In this document: one piece after another, positions 1 through 9,597 of the stretch
How positions within the stretch are numbered: the first letter of the stretch is position 1
Layout: the number at the start of each line of letters is the position of its first letter
From: Acidobacteriaceae bacterium
Lineage (GTDB): Bacteria; Acidobacteriota; Terriglobia; Terriglobales; Acidobacteriaceae
DNA: 64,000 nucleotides
Direction of reading: 5' to 3'
NCBI GenBank assembly: GCA_013361705.1
Contig: JABFXN010000117.1
Location: 3,022 to 67,021 of the forward strand
The notes under the pieces: generated by a model
What the model saw: only the letters and a program-made list of their open reading frames with translations
Told to the model about the DNA's origin: nothing
The model's database searches: none
Translations under genes and position numbers: made by a program

Positions 1-218
1 TGCATCCGGGCCATGCCCGTAAAGGCTTAGGCAGCCTGGTGCTGCGTACTGCCGAAGAGGCCGCCGCGGCCGAAGGGTTCAGGGAGTTAGAGATGGGTGC
101 GACTCTGACCGGGTATCCGGTGTATCTGAAGCATGGGTATGTCGAGCTGGAGCGTCACCATGCGCCGGTTGGTGATGGGTTGACGGTTGAGGTGGTCCGG
201 ATGCGGAAGACGATTTAG
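1..218 (+). CDS. GNAT-family N-acetyltransferase, C-terminal fragment (5' end lies outside the window)
   Basis: Frame 3 is open from the window edge to TAG at 216-218. The translation HPGHARKGLGSLVLRTAEEAAAAEGFRELEMGATLTGYPVYLKHGYVELERH carries a GNAT-like acetyl-CoA loop (RKGLGS). Confidence 0.5.
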   Translation, partial: HPGHARKGLGSLVLRTAEEAAAAEGFRELEMGATLTGYPVYLKHGYVELERHHAPVGDGLTVEVVRMRKTI

Positions 219-269
219 CGGCGTGCCGGGCCCTCTGAATCAGTGCCAGGGATGGTAAGGCCGGGCCCA

Positions 270-352
270 TGTCCGGGGTCCCCAGCGAACTTGCTTCGCT
301 GGGGTGGTATCCCCGAGGGACATGGGCACCCGGTGTATGGGTTATTCGAACT
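270..352 (+). repeat. GC-rich intergenic repeat (family R1), copy 1: hairpin module plus GGGCACCCrGwGTATGG module
   Basis: Hairpin CCCCAGCGAA-CTTGC-TTCGCTGGGG at 280-304, followed by GGGCACCCGGTGTATGGG at 324-341. It lies between the convergent stops of the GNAT fragment and metE. Related copies are at 22634-22690, 26381-26480 and 61195-61290. Confidence 0.7.
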
Positions 353-374
353 TGGCGATCATCCCGATCCGACT

Positions 375-2642
375 CTATTTCTTTGCCAACTCCTCCCGCA
401 CAGCCTTCGCTGCCGCCACCATGTTCCTCAAAGAAGCCTCCGTCTCGGGCCACTGGCGAGTCTTCAGGCCGCAGTCAGGGTTGACCCACAACTGCTCCGT
501 CCGCAGCGACTCCAGAGCCATGTCCAGCAGGCTGTGGACCTCGTCCTGCGAAGGCACGCGGGTGGCGTGAATGTCCCAGACACCTGGACCGATCTCGTTG
601 GGATAGCCCTGTGCCTTGAAGTCCCGCAGCAAGGCCATCTTCGACCGTGCCGACTCCATCGAGATGACATCGGCATCCAGCGCTGCAATGGCAGGCAGGA
701 TAGTCTCGAACTCGGCGTAGCACATGTGGGTATGCACCTGGGTCTCCGGCTTCACCGAGCTGGTGGCCAGACGGAAGGCCTTCACCGCCCAGTCGAGGTA
801 AGCCGCATACTCGCTCTTCCGCAGCGGCAGCCCCTCGCGCAGAGCCGGCTCATCGACCTGGATTACTCCGATACCGGCACGCTCAAGGTCTTCGATCTCT
901 TCGCGCAGGGCAAGGGCGATCTGGAAGGTGGTCTCGCTCTCAGGGATGTCATTGCGGACGAACGACCACTGCAAAATCGTGACCGGTCCGGTGAGCATGC
1001 CCTTCATTGGTTTCGAGGTCCGCGATTGCGCAAACTTCGACCAGCGCACCGTCATCGGCTCCGGGCGATGCACGTCAGCGTAGATGACAGGCGGCTTCAC
1101 GCAGCGGGAGCCGTAGCTCTGCACCCACCCGTTCCTCGTGAAGGCGAAGCCGTCGAGCTGCTCGCCAAAGTATTCGACCATGTCATTGCGCTCGAACTCG
1201 CCGTGCACCAGTACATCGAGCCCCAGCTCTTCCTGGCGGCGGATGCAGTCGGCCGTGGCCTCTTCGAGGAACTTCTCGTACGCCGCATCGTCGATCTGTC
1301 CCTTCCGCCAGGCGGCACGGCGGCTGCGGACCTCCTGTGTCTGTGGGAAGCTGCCGATGGTGGTCGTCGGCAACAACGGCAGATGCAGCGCTGCACGTTG
1401 CAGCGGAGCTCGCTCCGCGTACGCCTGTGGACGCGAGAAATCCGTCTCACTGAGCCTTGCCAGCTTTTCGCGGACCAGGCTTGGCTCCGCGGCAAGGCGG
1501 CGCTGTTCGTCAAAGTACGCGGCGTTGGCGGCGAAAGCCTGAGCGTCCGCCGTAGCCAGATAGCGCACCTCGTCGAGCTTCTGTACGGCAAAGCTGAGCC
1601 GTTCGAAAAGTCCTTTGGGGAGCTTGTCTTCTCCGGTCTTATCGACCGGCACATGCAGCAGGCTGCACGACGGAGCCACAACTACCCTCTGCGAACCCAG
1701 CACACCCACGGCGCGATCGATCAGAGACTTTGCCACGGCATACTCGGTGCGCCAGATATTGCGGCCGTCGACAATGCCAAGGGACAGCGTCTTCTCCGGC
1801 GGAAGCGCAGCGAGCATCGCGTCCAGTTGCTCCGGCGCACGCACGAGATCGATGTGCAGACCGCTGACAGGAAGAGTTGCCGCGACCTCCAGATTGTCCC
1901 CCAGCGTGCCGAAGTACGTGGCCACGGTGATCTGCAGCGGCTGCATCGCCAGCACAGCGTAGGCCGTGTCGTAGACCCGCTTCCACTCCGGAGCGAGATC
2001 GGTCACCAGCATGGGCTCATCGAGTTGGACCTGGGTCGCCCCAGCCTCTACCAGCGCGCGCAGGACGGCTTCATACGCGGTTAGCAGCTTCGGCAACAGG
2101 CTCAGCGGCTCGATCCCGTCAACGCTCTTGCCGAGCAGAAGCAGCGTGATGGGACCGATGAGCACGGGCCGTGTGGTGATACCGAGGGACCGTGCTGCTT
2201 CGAATGCTTCGACGACGCTAGTGGGGTCGGCCTGAAAGTGCAGCCCGGCGGACCACTCGGGAACGAGGTAGTGGTAGTTGGTGTCGAACCACTTGGTCAT
2301 CTCCAGCGCCGGCTGCTCGGCGCTGTTGCGAGCCATATCGAAGTACCGGCGCAAGCCGGCCCTGACTCCGCCGACATGGCTGTCACCGTAGCGGGCGGGC
2401 GTGGCTCCGACGAGCACCATGGCGTCGAGCAGCTGGTCGTAGAGGCTGAAATCGTTGGAGGGGATGATGCTGATGCCTGCCTGCTGCTGCAGCAGCCAGT
2501 GCCTGCGGCGAAGATCGCGGGCGACGGCAAGCAGGTCGTCTTCTCCGGTCTTGCCGCTCCAGAAGGACTCAAGGGCGAACTTCAGCTCTCGATGGAGCCC
2601 CATGCGGGGAAAGCCCAAATTTGCGGTAGTCAAAACGGACAT
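375..2642 (-). CDS. metE: Cobalamin-independent methionine synthase (5-methyltetrahydropteroyltriglutamate-homocysteine S-methyltransferase)
   Basis: Part of the 797-aa ORF. I start at the internal ATG (2642) giving [31 protein letters not shown], the typical MetE N-terminus. Length of about 755 aa, the two-domain layout and the C-terminal HTHMCY zinc-site motif fit MetE. A B12 riboswitch lies upstream. Confidence 0.95.
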   Translation of the reverse strand: MSVLTTANLGFPRMGLHRELKFALESFWSGKTGEDDLLAVARDLRRRHWLLQQQAGISIIPSNDFSLYDQLLDAMVLVGATPARYGDSHVGGVRAGLRRYFDMARNSAEQPALEMTKWFDTNYHYLVPEWSAGLHFQADPTSVVEAFEAARSLGITTRPVLIGPITLLLLGKSVDGIEPLSLLPKLLTAYEAVLRALVEAGATQVQLDEPMLVTDLAPEWKRVYDTAYAVLAMQPLQITVATYFGTLGDNLEVAATLPVSGLHIDLVRAPEQLDAMLAALPPEKTLSLGIVDGRNIWRTEYAVAKSLIDRAVGVLGSQRVVVAPSCSLLHVPVDKTGEDKLPKGLFERLSFAVQKLDEVRYLATADAQAFAANAAYFDEQRRLAAEPSLVREKLARLSETDFSRPQAYAERAPLQRAALHLPLLPTTTIGSFPQTQEVRSRRAAWRKGQIDDAAYEKFLEEATADCIRRQEELGLDVLVHGEFERNDMVEYFGEQLDGFAFTRNGWVQSYGSRCVKPPVIYADVHRPEPMTVRWSKFAQSRTSKPMKGMLTGPVTILQWSFVRNDIPESETTFQIALALREEIEDLERAGIGVIQVDEPALREGLPLRKSEYAAYLDWAVKAFRLATSSVKPETQVHTHMCYAEFETILPAIAALDADVISMESARSKMALLRDFKAQGYPNEIGPGVWDIHATRVPSQDEVHSLLDMALESLRTEQLWVNPDCGLKTRQWPETEASLRNMVAAAKAVREELAKK

Positions 2643-2799
2643 ATGCAGGTTCCTTGTCGGCGGTTCTTCCGCCGGGAACCACCCGTGCGCAGTCTCCATG
2701 TCTCTACCTAAACGGCAGAAGACAAAAGAGATCGTCTGCACGGTCCAATCCACGAGACCAGCATCCACAAGCGCACGCCGTGGTGGGAGAAGGCCGTGC

Positions 2800-2990
2800 C
2801 GGCTCCTCCACGGTGGTGGCGGCAGGCCGGTCTTCGGACTTTGGGCTGCCTACAAGATGCCGCTTCCCAGCTCCGCAAAGAGCCAGTGCGATGGTGCATC
2901 CTTCGTTCCCATTACCGCTGCGGGACAGCGCCGGATTCACACCGGCTTCCCGTTTAACCACCGCCCGTGAGCGGCAGCACCTGCACGGCT
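2800..2990 (-). promoter_or_regulatory. Cobalamin (B12) riboswitch in the metE leader
   Basis: The minus strand reads GGTGGTTAAACGGGAAGCCGGTGTGAATCCGGCGCTGTCCCGCAGCGGTAATGGGAACGAAGG...GCACTGG...GGGAAGCGGC...AGTCCGAAGACCGGCCTGCC. These are the conserved core, the GCCACTG-like segment and the B12 box (plus 2821-2840). GGTGGT/ACCACC can close P1. Confidence 0.8.
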
Positions 2991-3118
2991 CTAGTCTATC
3001 GGACCGGACGGGACACTGCTGCAGCCATGGTGCAACCCGGTGGAAGCGGGCCAGGCCCAGCAAAATCTGGGGTATACTGAAAAACGTTGTTCAACGCAGT
3101 AACTCCGTAAGGGAAACC

Positions 3119-3316
3119 ATGCCTAAGCTCAAGACACACTCAGGTGCGGCCAAGCGCTTCAAGAAGACTGGGACCGGCAAGATCAAGCGCGGTCAGTCGA
3201 AGATGCGCCACATCCTCACCTCGAAGGAGAAAAAGACGAAGCGCAAGCTCGGCAAGTCGTCTTACGTCTCCGACGGCGACCACGCAAAGGTCAGCCGCAT
3301 GATTCCCTACGCGTGA
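3119..3316 (+). CDS. rpmI: 50S ribosomal protein L35
   Basis: 65 aa, [36 protein letters not shown]..., the canonical L35 sequence. The ATG at 3119 lies within the longer track ORF. Confidence 0.95.
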   Translation: MPKLKTHSGAAKRFKKTGTGKIKRGQSKMRHILTSKEKKTKRKLGKSSYVSDGDHAKVSRMIPYA

Positions 3317-3500
3317 GCGTAGGCAGAATCTGAACCATTTCAGGTTGAGCCGCTGGAGACAGCAACGGGCCAAGAAAAGCGTACCGGCCCCTCGGTGAGC
3401 ACAAGGGTGCAACACCGACACCAGACCTGAAGCAGCAAGCGCGTGAAGAGGTACTCTCACCTCCAGCCGCCAAAACGAAGTACGCAAAAGGAGAAACACG

Positions 3501-3875
3501 ATGCCTCGCGTAAAACGTGGCACAAAACGCAGTGACCGGCGCAAAAAGATCCTTAAGCGCGCAAGTGGTTACTTCCTCACAAAATCGAAGCTCTACCAGG
3601 CAGCGCAAGAAGCGGTTGAACGCGGTCTGAAGTTTGCCTACACCGGCCGTAAGCAGAAGAAGCGTCAGTTCCGCTCTCTGTGGATCGTCCGTATCGGCGC
3701 GGCCGCCAAGCTGAATGGCCTGAGCTACTCGCAGTTCATCAGCGGCCTGAAGAAGGCTGGCATTGAGCTGGACCGCAAGGTTCTGGCCGACATCGCCGTG
3801 AACGACGCCGCAGGCTTTACCGCCCTGGCCCAGCAGGCCAAGGACGCCAACGCCGCCGCCAAGCAGGCCGCGTAA
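3501..3875 (+). CDS. rplT: 50S ribosomal protein L20
   Basis: [25 protein letters not shown]...[19 protein letters not shown] is canonical L20. An AAAGGAGAA Shine-Dalgarno (SD) sequence lies upstream. Confidence 0.95.
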   Translation: MPRVKRGTKRSDRRKKILKRASGYFLTKSKLYQAAQEAVERGLKFAYTGRKQKKRQFRSLWIVRIGAAAKLNGLSYSQFISGLKKAGIELDRKVLADIAVNDAAGFTALAQQAKDANAAAKQAA

Positions 3876-3901
3876 AGTAACCGCTGCAAAGTTTCAAACG
3901 A

Positions 3902-3935
3902 ACGGCGCGACTTCGGTCGCGCCCGTTGTGTTTGT
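3902..3935 (+). terminator. Rho-independent terminator after rplT
   Basis: GGCGCGAC-TTCG-GTCGCGCC hairpin (3904-3923) followed by GTTGTGTTTGT. Confidence 0.7.
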
Positions 3936-3999
3936 CGGCTACCATCGCAGCTATAACGTGAGAATGGTAAGATTTCCTTGTTTCCTTACGGAGGATCCT

Positions 4000-4224
4000 G
4001 TGCTGGCAAAGAAAACCGTAAAAAACCAGATCACTCTTCCGAAGACGGTTGTATCCAAATTCGGCAATGTCGAGTACTTCGACGTGAGCACCGATGGCGA
4101 GACCATTGTTTTGCGTCCTCTGCGTCCCAGTCGTGCCGATGAGGTACGTGCCCGGCTGGAGCAGCTTGGCATAAAAGAACAGGATGTATACGACGCCGTC
4201 ACGTGGGCTCGGAAAACCGAGTGA
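4000..4224 (+). CDS. AbrB/SpoVT-type antitoxin (VapB-like)
   Basis: Small ORF whose KNQITLPKTVVSKFG...IVLRP resembles an AbrB/MazE swapped-hairpin motif. A GTG start at 4000 is preceded by GGAGGA (alternative ATG at 3964). It overlaps the downstream PIN gene and GC is visibly lower than the flanks. Confidence 0.65.
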   Translation: MLAKKTVKNQITLPKTVVSKFGNVEYFDVSTDGETIVLRPLRPSRADEVRARLEQLGIKEQDVYDAVTWARKTE

Positions 4225-4643
4225 CGGATCGGGTTGTGTTCGATACGACTACAGTCGTGTCAGCGCTCTTATTCCCGAGCGGCCGCTTGGCTTGGCTGCG
4301 CCAGCACTGGTCTGTTGGCGGTTGTGTTCCCCTCCTCTCTGCGGCAACAGCAGCGGAACTCACGCGGGTTCTCAGATACCCGAAGTTCCGACTCTCCGAG
4401 CAGGATGTTGTGGAATTACTAGCTGAATATCTGCCGTTCTGCGAGATTGTCGATCGGACAACGAAGTTTAGCGTGGCTTGCCGAGATGCGAAAGATCAAC
4501 CATTCCTGGATCTCGCACATAGCGGCAAGGCCCAACTTCTTGTAAGTGGGGATAGCGATTTACTTGCCCTCGCAGAACAAACGGATTTCATCATCGAAAC
4601 GCCTGAAGCCTATCGCATTCGAATTGAGAAACAGCGAGACTAG
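4203..4643 (+). CDS. PIN-domain toxin (TIGR00305-like PIN family)
   Basis: RVVFDTTTVVSALLFP... and ...DQPFLDLAHSGKAQLLVSGDSDLLAL match the PIN acidic-residue pattern. An alternative GTG start at 4221 would give a GTGA overlap with the antitoxin stop. Confidence 0.75.
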   Translation: MGSENRVTDRVVFDTTTVVSALLFPSGRLAWLRQHWSVGGCVPLLSAATAAELTRVLRYPKFRLSEQDVVELLAEYLPFCEIVDRTTKFSVACRDAKDQPFLDLAHSGKAQLLVSGDSDLLALAEQTDFIIETPEAYRIRIEKQRD

Positions 4644-4711
4644 CGCGTGGCCGGACGGATTTGGCGGTAGTTTTTCAATGTCCGTAAAACTCCATCAGCT
4701 ATGCTGTACCT

Positions 4712-6103
4712 ATGGCCACTGCCGCCGGATCCCCTCAAAGAACCTTGAGCGTACCTGACCAGAGCGACGACCAGATGACCGGAAAGCCTCCTTTTGAACC
4801 GTGGGGCCGCTACCCGAAATACAACGCGAATGTGGTTCCCCTGCAGTGGCAAAGTGACTTTCCCGCGATCGTCTCCAGGTATGGCGGCATGCATAACGGA
4901 GCGCTTGCCGTGGGCATGGGACGCAGCTATGGCGACGTCTGCCTGCTGAAAGACGGCAATCTGATGGTCACCACCGGGATGAACCGCATCCTGGCCTGGG
5001 ATCAGGAAACAGGCATGCTGACCGCGGAGGCCGGCATGACGCTGGCGCAGATTCTGGACTTCTGTGTTCCGCGCGGCTACTTCCTGCCCGTCACACCTGG
5101 CACGAAGTACGTAACCCTGGGCGGCGCCATCGCCAATGACATTCACGGCAAGAACCATCACGTAGCCGGCACCTTCGGCTGCCACGTGCCGGAGTTTGAG
5201 CTGGTGCGCTCGGACGGAACCCATCTGCGCTGCTCCGCTACGGAAAACTCTGACTGGTATGCGGCCACCATCGGCGGCCTGGGCCTCACCGGCGTCATCA
5301 CCTGGGCGAAGCTGAAGATGAAGCCTATCGTCAGCCGCAAGATTGACTACGAGGGAATCCAGTTCCACGGCGTCGACGAATTCCTCGCGCTGACTGAAGC
5401 CAGCAAGCACGTGGAATACACGGTCAGCTGGATCGATTGCTCCTCGACCGGAAAGAACTTTGCACGAGGCGTCTTCATGCAGGGTGACCACACCCGCAAT
5501 CCGGGTGAGCTGAAGCCTTCACCGGAGCCGAAGCTGATCTTCCCGATCGAAGCTCCGAGCTTTATGTTGAACTCGGCCTCGGTCGCCGCATTCAATACAG
5601 TCTTCTTCCATAAGCAAATGAAGAAGCGCGTCACCGCGCTGCAGGACTACGAGCCCTTCTTCTACCCGCTGGATAAGGTGCTGAAGTGGAACCGTATGTA
5701 TGGCGCCAGTGGCCTGCTGCAGTTCCAGTACGCCATTCCGTGGGAGTATGCGCGCGAGGGCACCATCGCCATCCTGAACGAAGTTGCGAAGAGTGGCCTC
5801 GCTTCCTTCCTGGCTGTACTGAAGGCCTTCGGCGATGTTCCGTCGCCGGGCCTGCTCAGCTTCCCCCAGCCCGGCATTACGCTGGCGCTGGACTTCCCCA
5901 TCAAGCCTGGCAAGAGCTTCCCGCTCTTCGACCGGCTGGCGCAAATGACGCTGGAGTTCGGCGGCAAGCTGTATCCGGCCAAAGATGCCCGCATGACCGC
6001 TGTGCAGTACCAGAAGAGTTATCCAGAGTGGCAGCAGTTCCTACGCTACAAAGACCCGCTGCTCTCCTCCAGCTTCTGGGAGCGCGTGACACGAGAGGAA
6101 TAG
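4712..6103 (+). CDS. FAD-dependent oxidase, DprE1-like (decaprenylphosphoryl-beta-D-ribose 2'-oxidase family)
   Basis: GMGRSYGD, GGAIANDIHGKNHHVAGTFG, WNRMYG..LLQFQY, LDFPIK and EFGGKLYPAKDARM are collinear with mycobacterial DprE1 as I recall it. An alternative start is the Met at 4775. Confidence 0.85.
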   Translation: MATAAGSPQRTLSVPDQSDDQMTGKPPFEPWGRYPKYNANVVPLQWQSDFPAIVSRYGGMHNGALAVGMGRSYGDVCLLKDGNLMVTTGMNRILAWDQETGMLTAEAGMTLAQILDFCVPRGYFLPVTPGTKYVTLGGAIANDIHGKNHHVAGTFGCHVPEFELVRSDGTHLRCSATENSDWYAATIGGLGLTGVITWAKLKMKPIVSRKIDYEGIQFHGVDEFLALTEASKHVEYTVSWIDCSSTGKNFARGVFMQGDHTRNPGELKPSPEPKLIFPIEAPSFMLNSASVAAFNTVFFHKQMKKRVTALQDYEPFFYPLDKVLKWNRMYGASGLLQFQYAIPWEYAREGTIAILNEVAKSGLASFLAVLKAFGDVPSPGLLSFPQPGITLALDFPIKPGKSFPLFDRLAQMTLEFGGKLYPAKDARMTAVQYQKSYPEWQQFLRYKDPLLSSSFWERVTREE

Positions 6104-6113
6104 AACAACACCA

Positions 6114-6854
6114 ATGAGCGAACGAGTTCTTGTACTGGGGGCAACCTCCGGCATTGCCGAAGCTACGTGCCGCGTATGGGCGAAACAGGGCGCAAGCCTG
6201 GTGCTGGTAGGACGCAGCGCCGAGAAGCTGGCCGCCGTTGCCGCCGATCTGCGCGCGCGCGGAGCCAGGCTTGTGGAGACCGCAGTCGCCGATCTGGATG
6301 ACACGGCGCGGCATCCGCAGCTATTAGCCGACTGCATCAACGCGCTAGGCGGACTGGACGTTGCCTATCTTGCCCACGGCATCATGGGCGAACAGCAGCA
6401 ATCGGAAGAAGACTTCAACGCAGCCGCACAGGTGCTGTACACCAACTTCCTGTCGCCGGTCTCGCTGTGCACCTGGCTGTCGAACTACTTCGTCAAGCAG
6501 GGCCGTGGCGTGCTGGCCGTGATCTCTTCCGTGGCCGGCGAGCGCGGACGTAAATCAAACTATGTTTATGGCTCTTCGAAGGCCGGCCTAAGCGCCTTCC
6601 TGGATGGCCTGCGCAACCGTGTGGACCGCCAGGGCGTCACGGTGCTCACCATCAAGCCCGGTCCGGTGAAGACAGCCATGACCATGGGCATGAAGGGCAG
6701 CGAGAAGTTTGCTGATCCGGATAAGGTGGCACAGAGCATCGTCGACGCGATCCACGCAAAGAAAGATGTTCTGTACGTGCCGGGCATCTGGAAGATCATC
6801 ATGTTTGTGATCCGGCATATTCCGGAGTCGGTCTTCAAGAAGCTCAATCTGTAG
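6114..6854 (+). CDS. Short-chain dehydrogenase, DprE2-like (2'-keto reductase partner of DprE1)
   Basis: SDR motifs GATSGIA and YGSSK are present. The C-terminus VIRHIPESVFKKLNL resembles the DprE2 tail (..LRHIPRSIFRKLPI). It starts 10 nt after the DprE1-like gene. Confidence 0.75.
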   Translation: MSERVLVLGATSGIAEATCRVWAKQGASLVLVGRSAEKLAAVAADLRARGARLVETAVADLDDTARHPQLLADCINALGGLDVAYLAHGIMGEQQQSEEDFNAAAQVLYTNFLSPVSLCTWLSNYFVKQGRGVLAVISSVAGERGRKSNYVYGSSKAGLSAFLDGLRNRVDRQGVTVLTIKPGPVKTAMTMGMKGSEKFADPDKVAQSIVDAIHAKKDVLYVPGIWKIIMFVIRHIPESVFKKLNL

Positions 6855-9597
6855 CGACGCTACCGTCATCACGCAGCAGAAACGTAGAAGCACCACGCAG
6901 GTCCGTACGCTCCGTACGGACCTGTGCCGTTTGCAGCCGCTGCAGGATCTCCATACGCGGATGGCCGAAGCGGTTATGTCTTCCGGCGGAGATGACGGCG
7001 TAGCCCGGATGCAGCGCCTGCAACAGCTCAGGCGTTGTGGAGGAGAGGCTGCCGTGATGGCCGACCTTCAGCAGCGTAACCGGATGAACCATGCTCGATG
7101 AGAGCATCGTGGCTTCGCTCTGCCGCTCCGCGTCGCCTTCCAGCAGTACGGAAGCGCGACCGTAGTCGATCTCCATCACGAGGGAGTCGTTATTGATCGG
7201 CCCAAGGCCGTTGGGTGCAGAGGCCTGTGGCGCCAGCACCTGCACGTGCATACTGTCCCACATGAGTGAGTCAGGCGCGTGGAGCCATCGCACCACAGTT
7301 CCCTGCTCGCGTGCCTGTTGCAAGAGACGATGGAACGAAGCCGAACCTGCGTTCACACTAACCCACAATTCACGTGGATGAAAGTTTCGCAGCACAGCAG
7401 CCATGCCGCCCATGTGATCGCTGTGCGCATGGGTGAGGGCAATCACGTCCAGCCTGCGGATTCCACGAGACCAGAGATACGGGGAGACAACCTCTTCGCC
7501 GATATCCCAACCACCATTGGAAACCTGCGTGGAACCGACCTGACCTCCTGCGTCGATCAGCATGGTTGCTCCCTGCGGTGCGGCCAGCAGGATGGAGTCT
7601 CCCTGGCCGACATCGAGCGCCGTGACCTCCAGTTGTCCTGGACGCAGCCGTGCGCGATAGGACCATGTGACGACGAGCATCGCCAGCGGAAGCAGGACGG
7701 CTGTCGCCCACACCCAGCGGCCGCGCCGCCGTACCAGCCACAAACAAATCCCCCAGCATGCAAGAGCAAAGAGCATCGCCCACACCGGAGGCGCAGGCAT
7801 GCGGAGATCGACCGCGGGGGCATGACTGACCCGCTGCGCCATCGTGGTCATGGCATGCAGCAACAGTGATGTCGCCGCGGCAGGCAAAATCCCCAGCCAG
7901 GGGGAGATCAGGGATGCAACAAAGGTCACGATGGCTGTTGGCATCAGCATGCCCAGCAGCGGCACACAAAGCAAGTTAAGCGGAACGGAGAAAAGCGTGA
8001 GGCGATGGAAGTAGACGGCCATGGGCAGCGCCATCACCATCTCGGCTACAAGACTGACGAAGGCGAGTTCCACGACGTGCAATGTGGCTCGCACCATCCA
8101 CGCCGGCAAGCTGCGAGCCCATGCTCCGAAGATCCAGCCCACAGGCCGGCCGTACATCCGCAGCAATACACGGAAGTGCGCAATACGCGGAGGAAGGCCG
8201 GTATCGAGTTGCACGAGACGCAACCGTTGCGTCGCTCGAAGATACGGCTGCACAGTTCGCTCAAGCAGAGGCACCGCAATACCTCCGATCGCGATGATCA
8301 CTAGCAGCGACATCTGCAGGCTGGCTTCAAAGATCAGATGCGGGGCTTCTGCTATCACCACAACAGCCGCAAGGCCAAGGGCATTCAAGGTGCTGGGCTC
8401 GCGGGAGAGCCAGCGTGTGAGCAGGAAGACGACCGTCATGGTCAACGCACGTTGCACTGGCGGCTGGAAGCCGGTCAGCAGGGCGTAGACCGTTGTAAGT
8501 CCGATCGTGATCAACACACGCCCGCCCTCAGGAAGGCGGCGCGGCAGCAGCATGTAGATCATCGCCGCCAACAGCGCCAGATGCATACCTGCCACGACAA
8601 AGACATGGAAGGTGCCGGTCCGCTCAAAGGCAAGACGCATGCGATGGTCCAGCAGCGTCCGATCGCCAAAGAGCATGGCGCTGAGCATGCCCGCATCGTC
8701 GCTCGTGAGCCTCAGTATTGTCGGCAGCATGCGATTTCCGCGTGAGTCGGCGACACGCTGCAGGAGGCCTGCGGACCATGTTGCCCAGGCATGCAACATG
8801 CAGGCAAACCCAGCATGAGACGCCGGGGTTGGCTGCAACACGGTTGCATGGATGCTCGCGGTGGCGGCGATTCCCTGCTGCTCCAGGTAGTCGGCATACT
8901 GCCACACCCCCTGGTCGAGATACCGTTCCGGTGTGCGCATCTGCACGGCAAACGCGAGCCTGTCACCACACCGCAGACGTGGAAGCGAGGTCACGTCGGC
9001 AGCCTGCACATAGAGACGAAGACCTCCCTTTACCGGAAGCATGCGCGACGTATCGGGCTTCACCTCTTCCACGCTATCAACCGCAAGATCCACGGCAAGG
9101 AGATTTGCACGCTTCGGAGCAGACTCGTCTTCCAGCGTCTCGGGATCGAAGGTTTCGGGGGCATAGGCCGCGGCATTGAGCGGCTGAACGCGGACAACCT
9201 GCGCAGTGATCTGGCGGCTCAGGCGATCGGCATACGGCGTCAACGTGGACGCAGATGGAGAGCGAGGTTCCACTTCCAGGCACAGCATGCCGGCCACCAG
9301 CCAAAGCAACAGCGCGGGCCAAAGCGCGACTTGCGGCGCATAGCGGAGAGCAAGCCAAGTCACAAGAACACAACAGACGCTGAGCCACAGCAGGCAGCCG
9401 ATCGGAGTCCAGTTCCACCACGCCAGAAGAATGCCGGAGACGAAACTCACGGCCGCCAGAAAGACAGGAATACGCCCAAGCCGCAACGGCTCAATCGCCC
9501 AGCGAGGCCACAACTTATCGAGAATGGATGTGGCCGCGTGCACAGATGGAGCATTTTCCCTGTAGCCGTAATGTAGAGCTTCTGCATCCATCGGCAT
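6844..9597 (-). CDS. comEC: ComEC/Rec2 DNA internalization competence protein (with metallo-beta-lactamase domain)
   Basis: Polytopic membrane region followed by an MBL motif, ALTHAHSDHMGG. The start is uncertain: the ATG at 9597 lies inside the 112-nt repeat and an alternative GTG is at 9543. The 5' part of the track ORF (9598-9999) overlaps the upstream gene and is discarded. Confidence 0.85.
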   Translation of the reverse strand: MPMDAEALHYGYRENAPSVHAATSILDKLWPRWAIEPLRLGRIPVFLAAVSFVSGILLAWWNWTPIGCLLWLSVCCVLVTWLALRYAPQVALWPALLLWLVAGMLCLEVEPRSPSASTLTPYADRLSRQITAQVVRVQPLNAAAYAPETFDPETLEDESAPKRANLLAVDLAVDSVEEVKPDTSRMLPVKGGLRLYVQAADVTSLPRLRCGDRLAFAVQMRTPERYLDQGVWQYADYLEQQGIAATASIHATVLQPTPASHAGFACMLHAWATWSAGLLQRVADSRGNRMLPTILRLTSDDAGMLSAMLFGDRTLLDHRMRLAFERTGTFHVFVVAGMHLALLAAMIYMLLPRRLPEGGRVLITIGLTTVYALLTGFQPPVQRALTMTVVFLLTRWLSREPSTLNALGLAAVVVIAEAPHLIFEASLQMSLLVIIAIGGIAVPLLERTVQPYLRATQRLRLVQLDTGLPPRIAHFRVLLRMYGRPVGWIFGAWARSLPAWMVRATLHVVELAFVSLVAEMVMALPMAVYFHRLTLFSVPLNLLCVPLLGMLMPTAIVTFVASLISPWLGILPAAATSLLLHAMTTMAQRVSHAPAVDLRMPAPPVWAMLFALACWGICLWLVRRRGRWVWATAVLLPLAMLVVTWSYRARLRPGQLEVTALDVGQGDSILLAAPQGATMLIDAGGQVGSTQVSNGGWDIGEEVVSPYLWSRGIRRLDVIALTHAHSDHMGGMAAVLRNFHPRELWVSVNAGSASFHRLLQQAREQGTVVRWLHAPDSLMWDSMHVQVLAPQASAPNGLGPINNDSLVMEIDYGRASVLLEGDAERQSEATMLSSSMVHPVTLLKVGHHGSLSSTTPELLQALHPGYAVISAGRHNRFGHPRMEILQRLQTAQVRTERTDLRGASTFLLRDDGSVATD

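Noticed and set aside
243-2084. 613-aa plus-strand ORF (with nested ORFs) across the metE locus
   Set aside because: It is antisense to an unmistakable metE. Its composition is Arg/Leu/Gly-rich and typical of the reverse frame of a high-GC gene. It has no SD and no recognisable domain.
3060-3118. Possible sigma-70-like -10 box (TATACT at about 3073-3078) upstream of rpmI
   Set aside because: There is no convincing -35 at the proper spacing, and promoter consensus for this phylum is uncertain. The evidence is too weak to list as a feature.
4640-5491. 283-aa minus-strand ORF
   Set aside because: It is antisense to the DprE1-like gene and is a GC-driven open frame.
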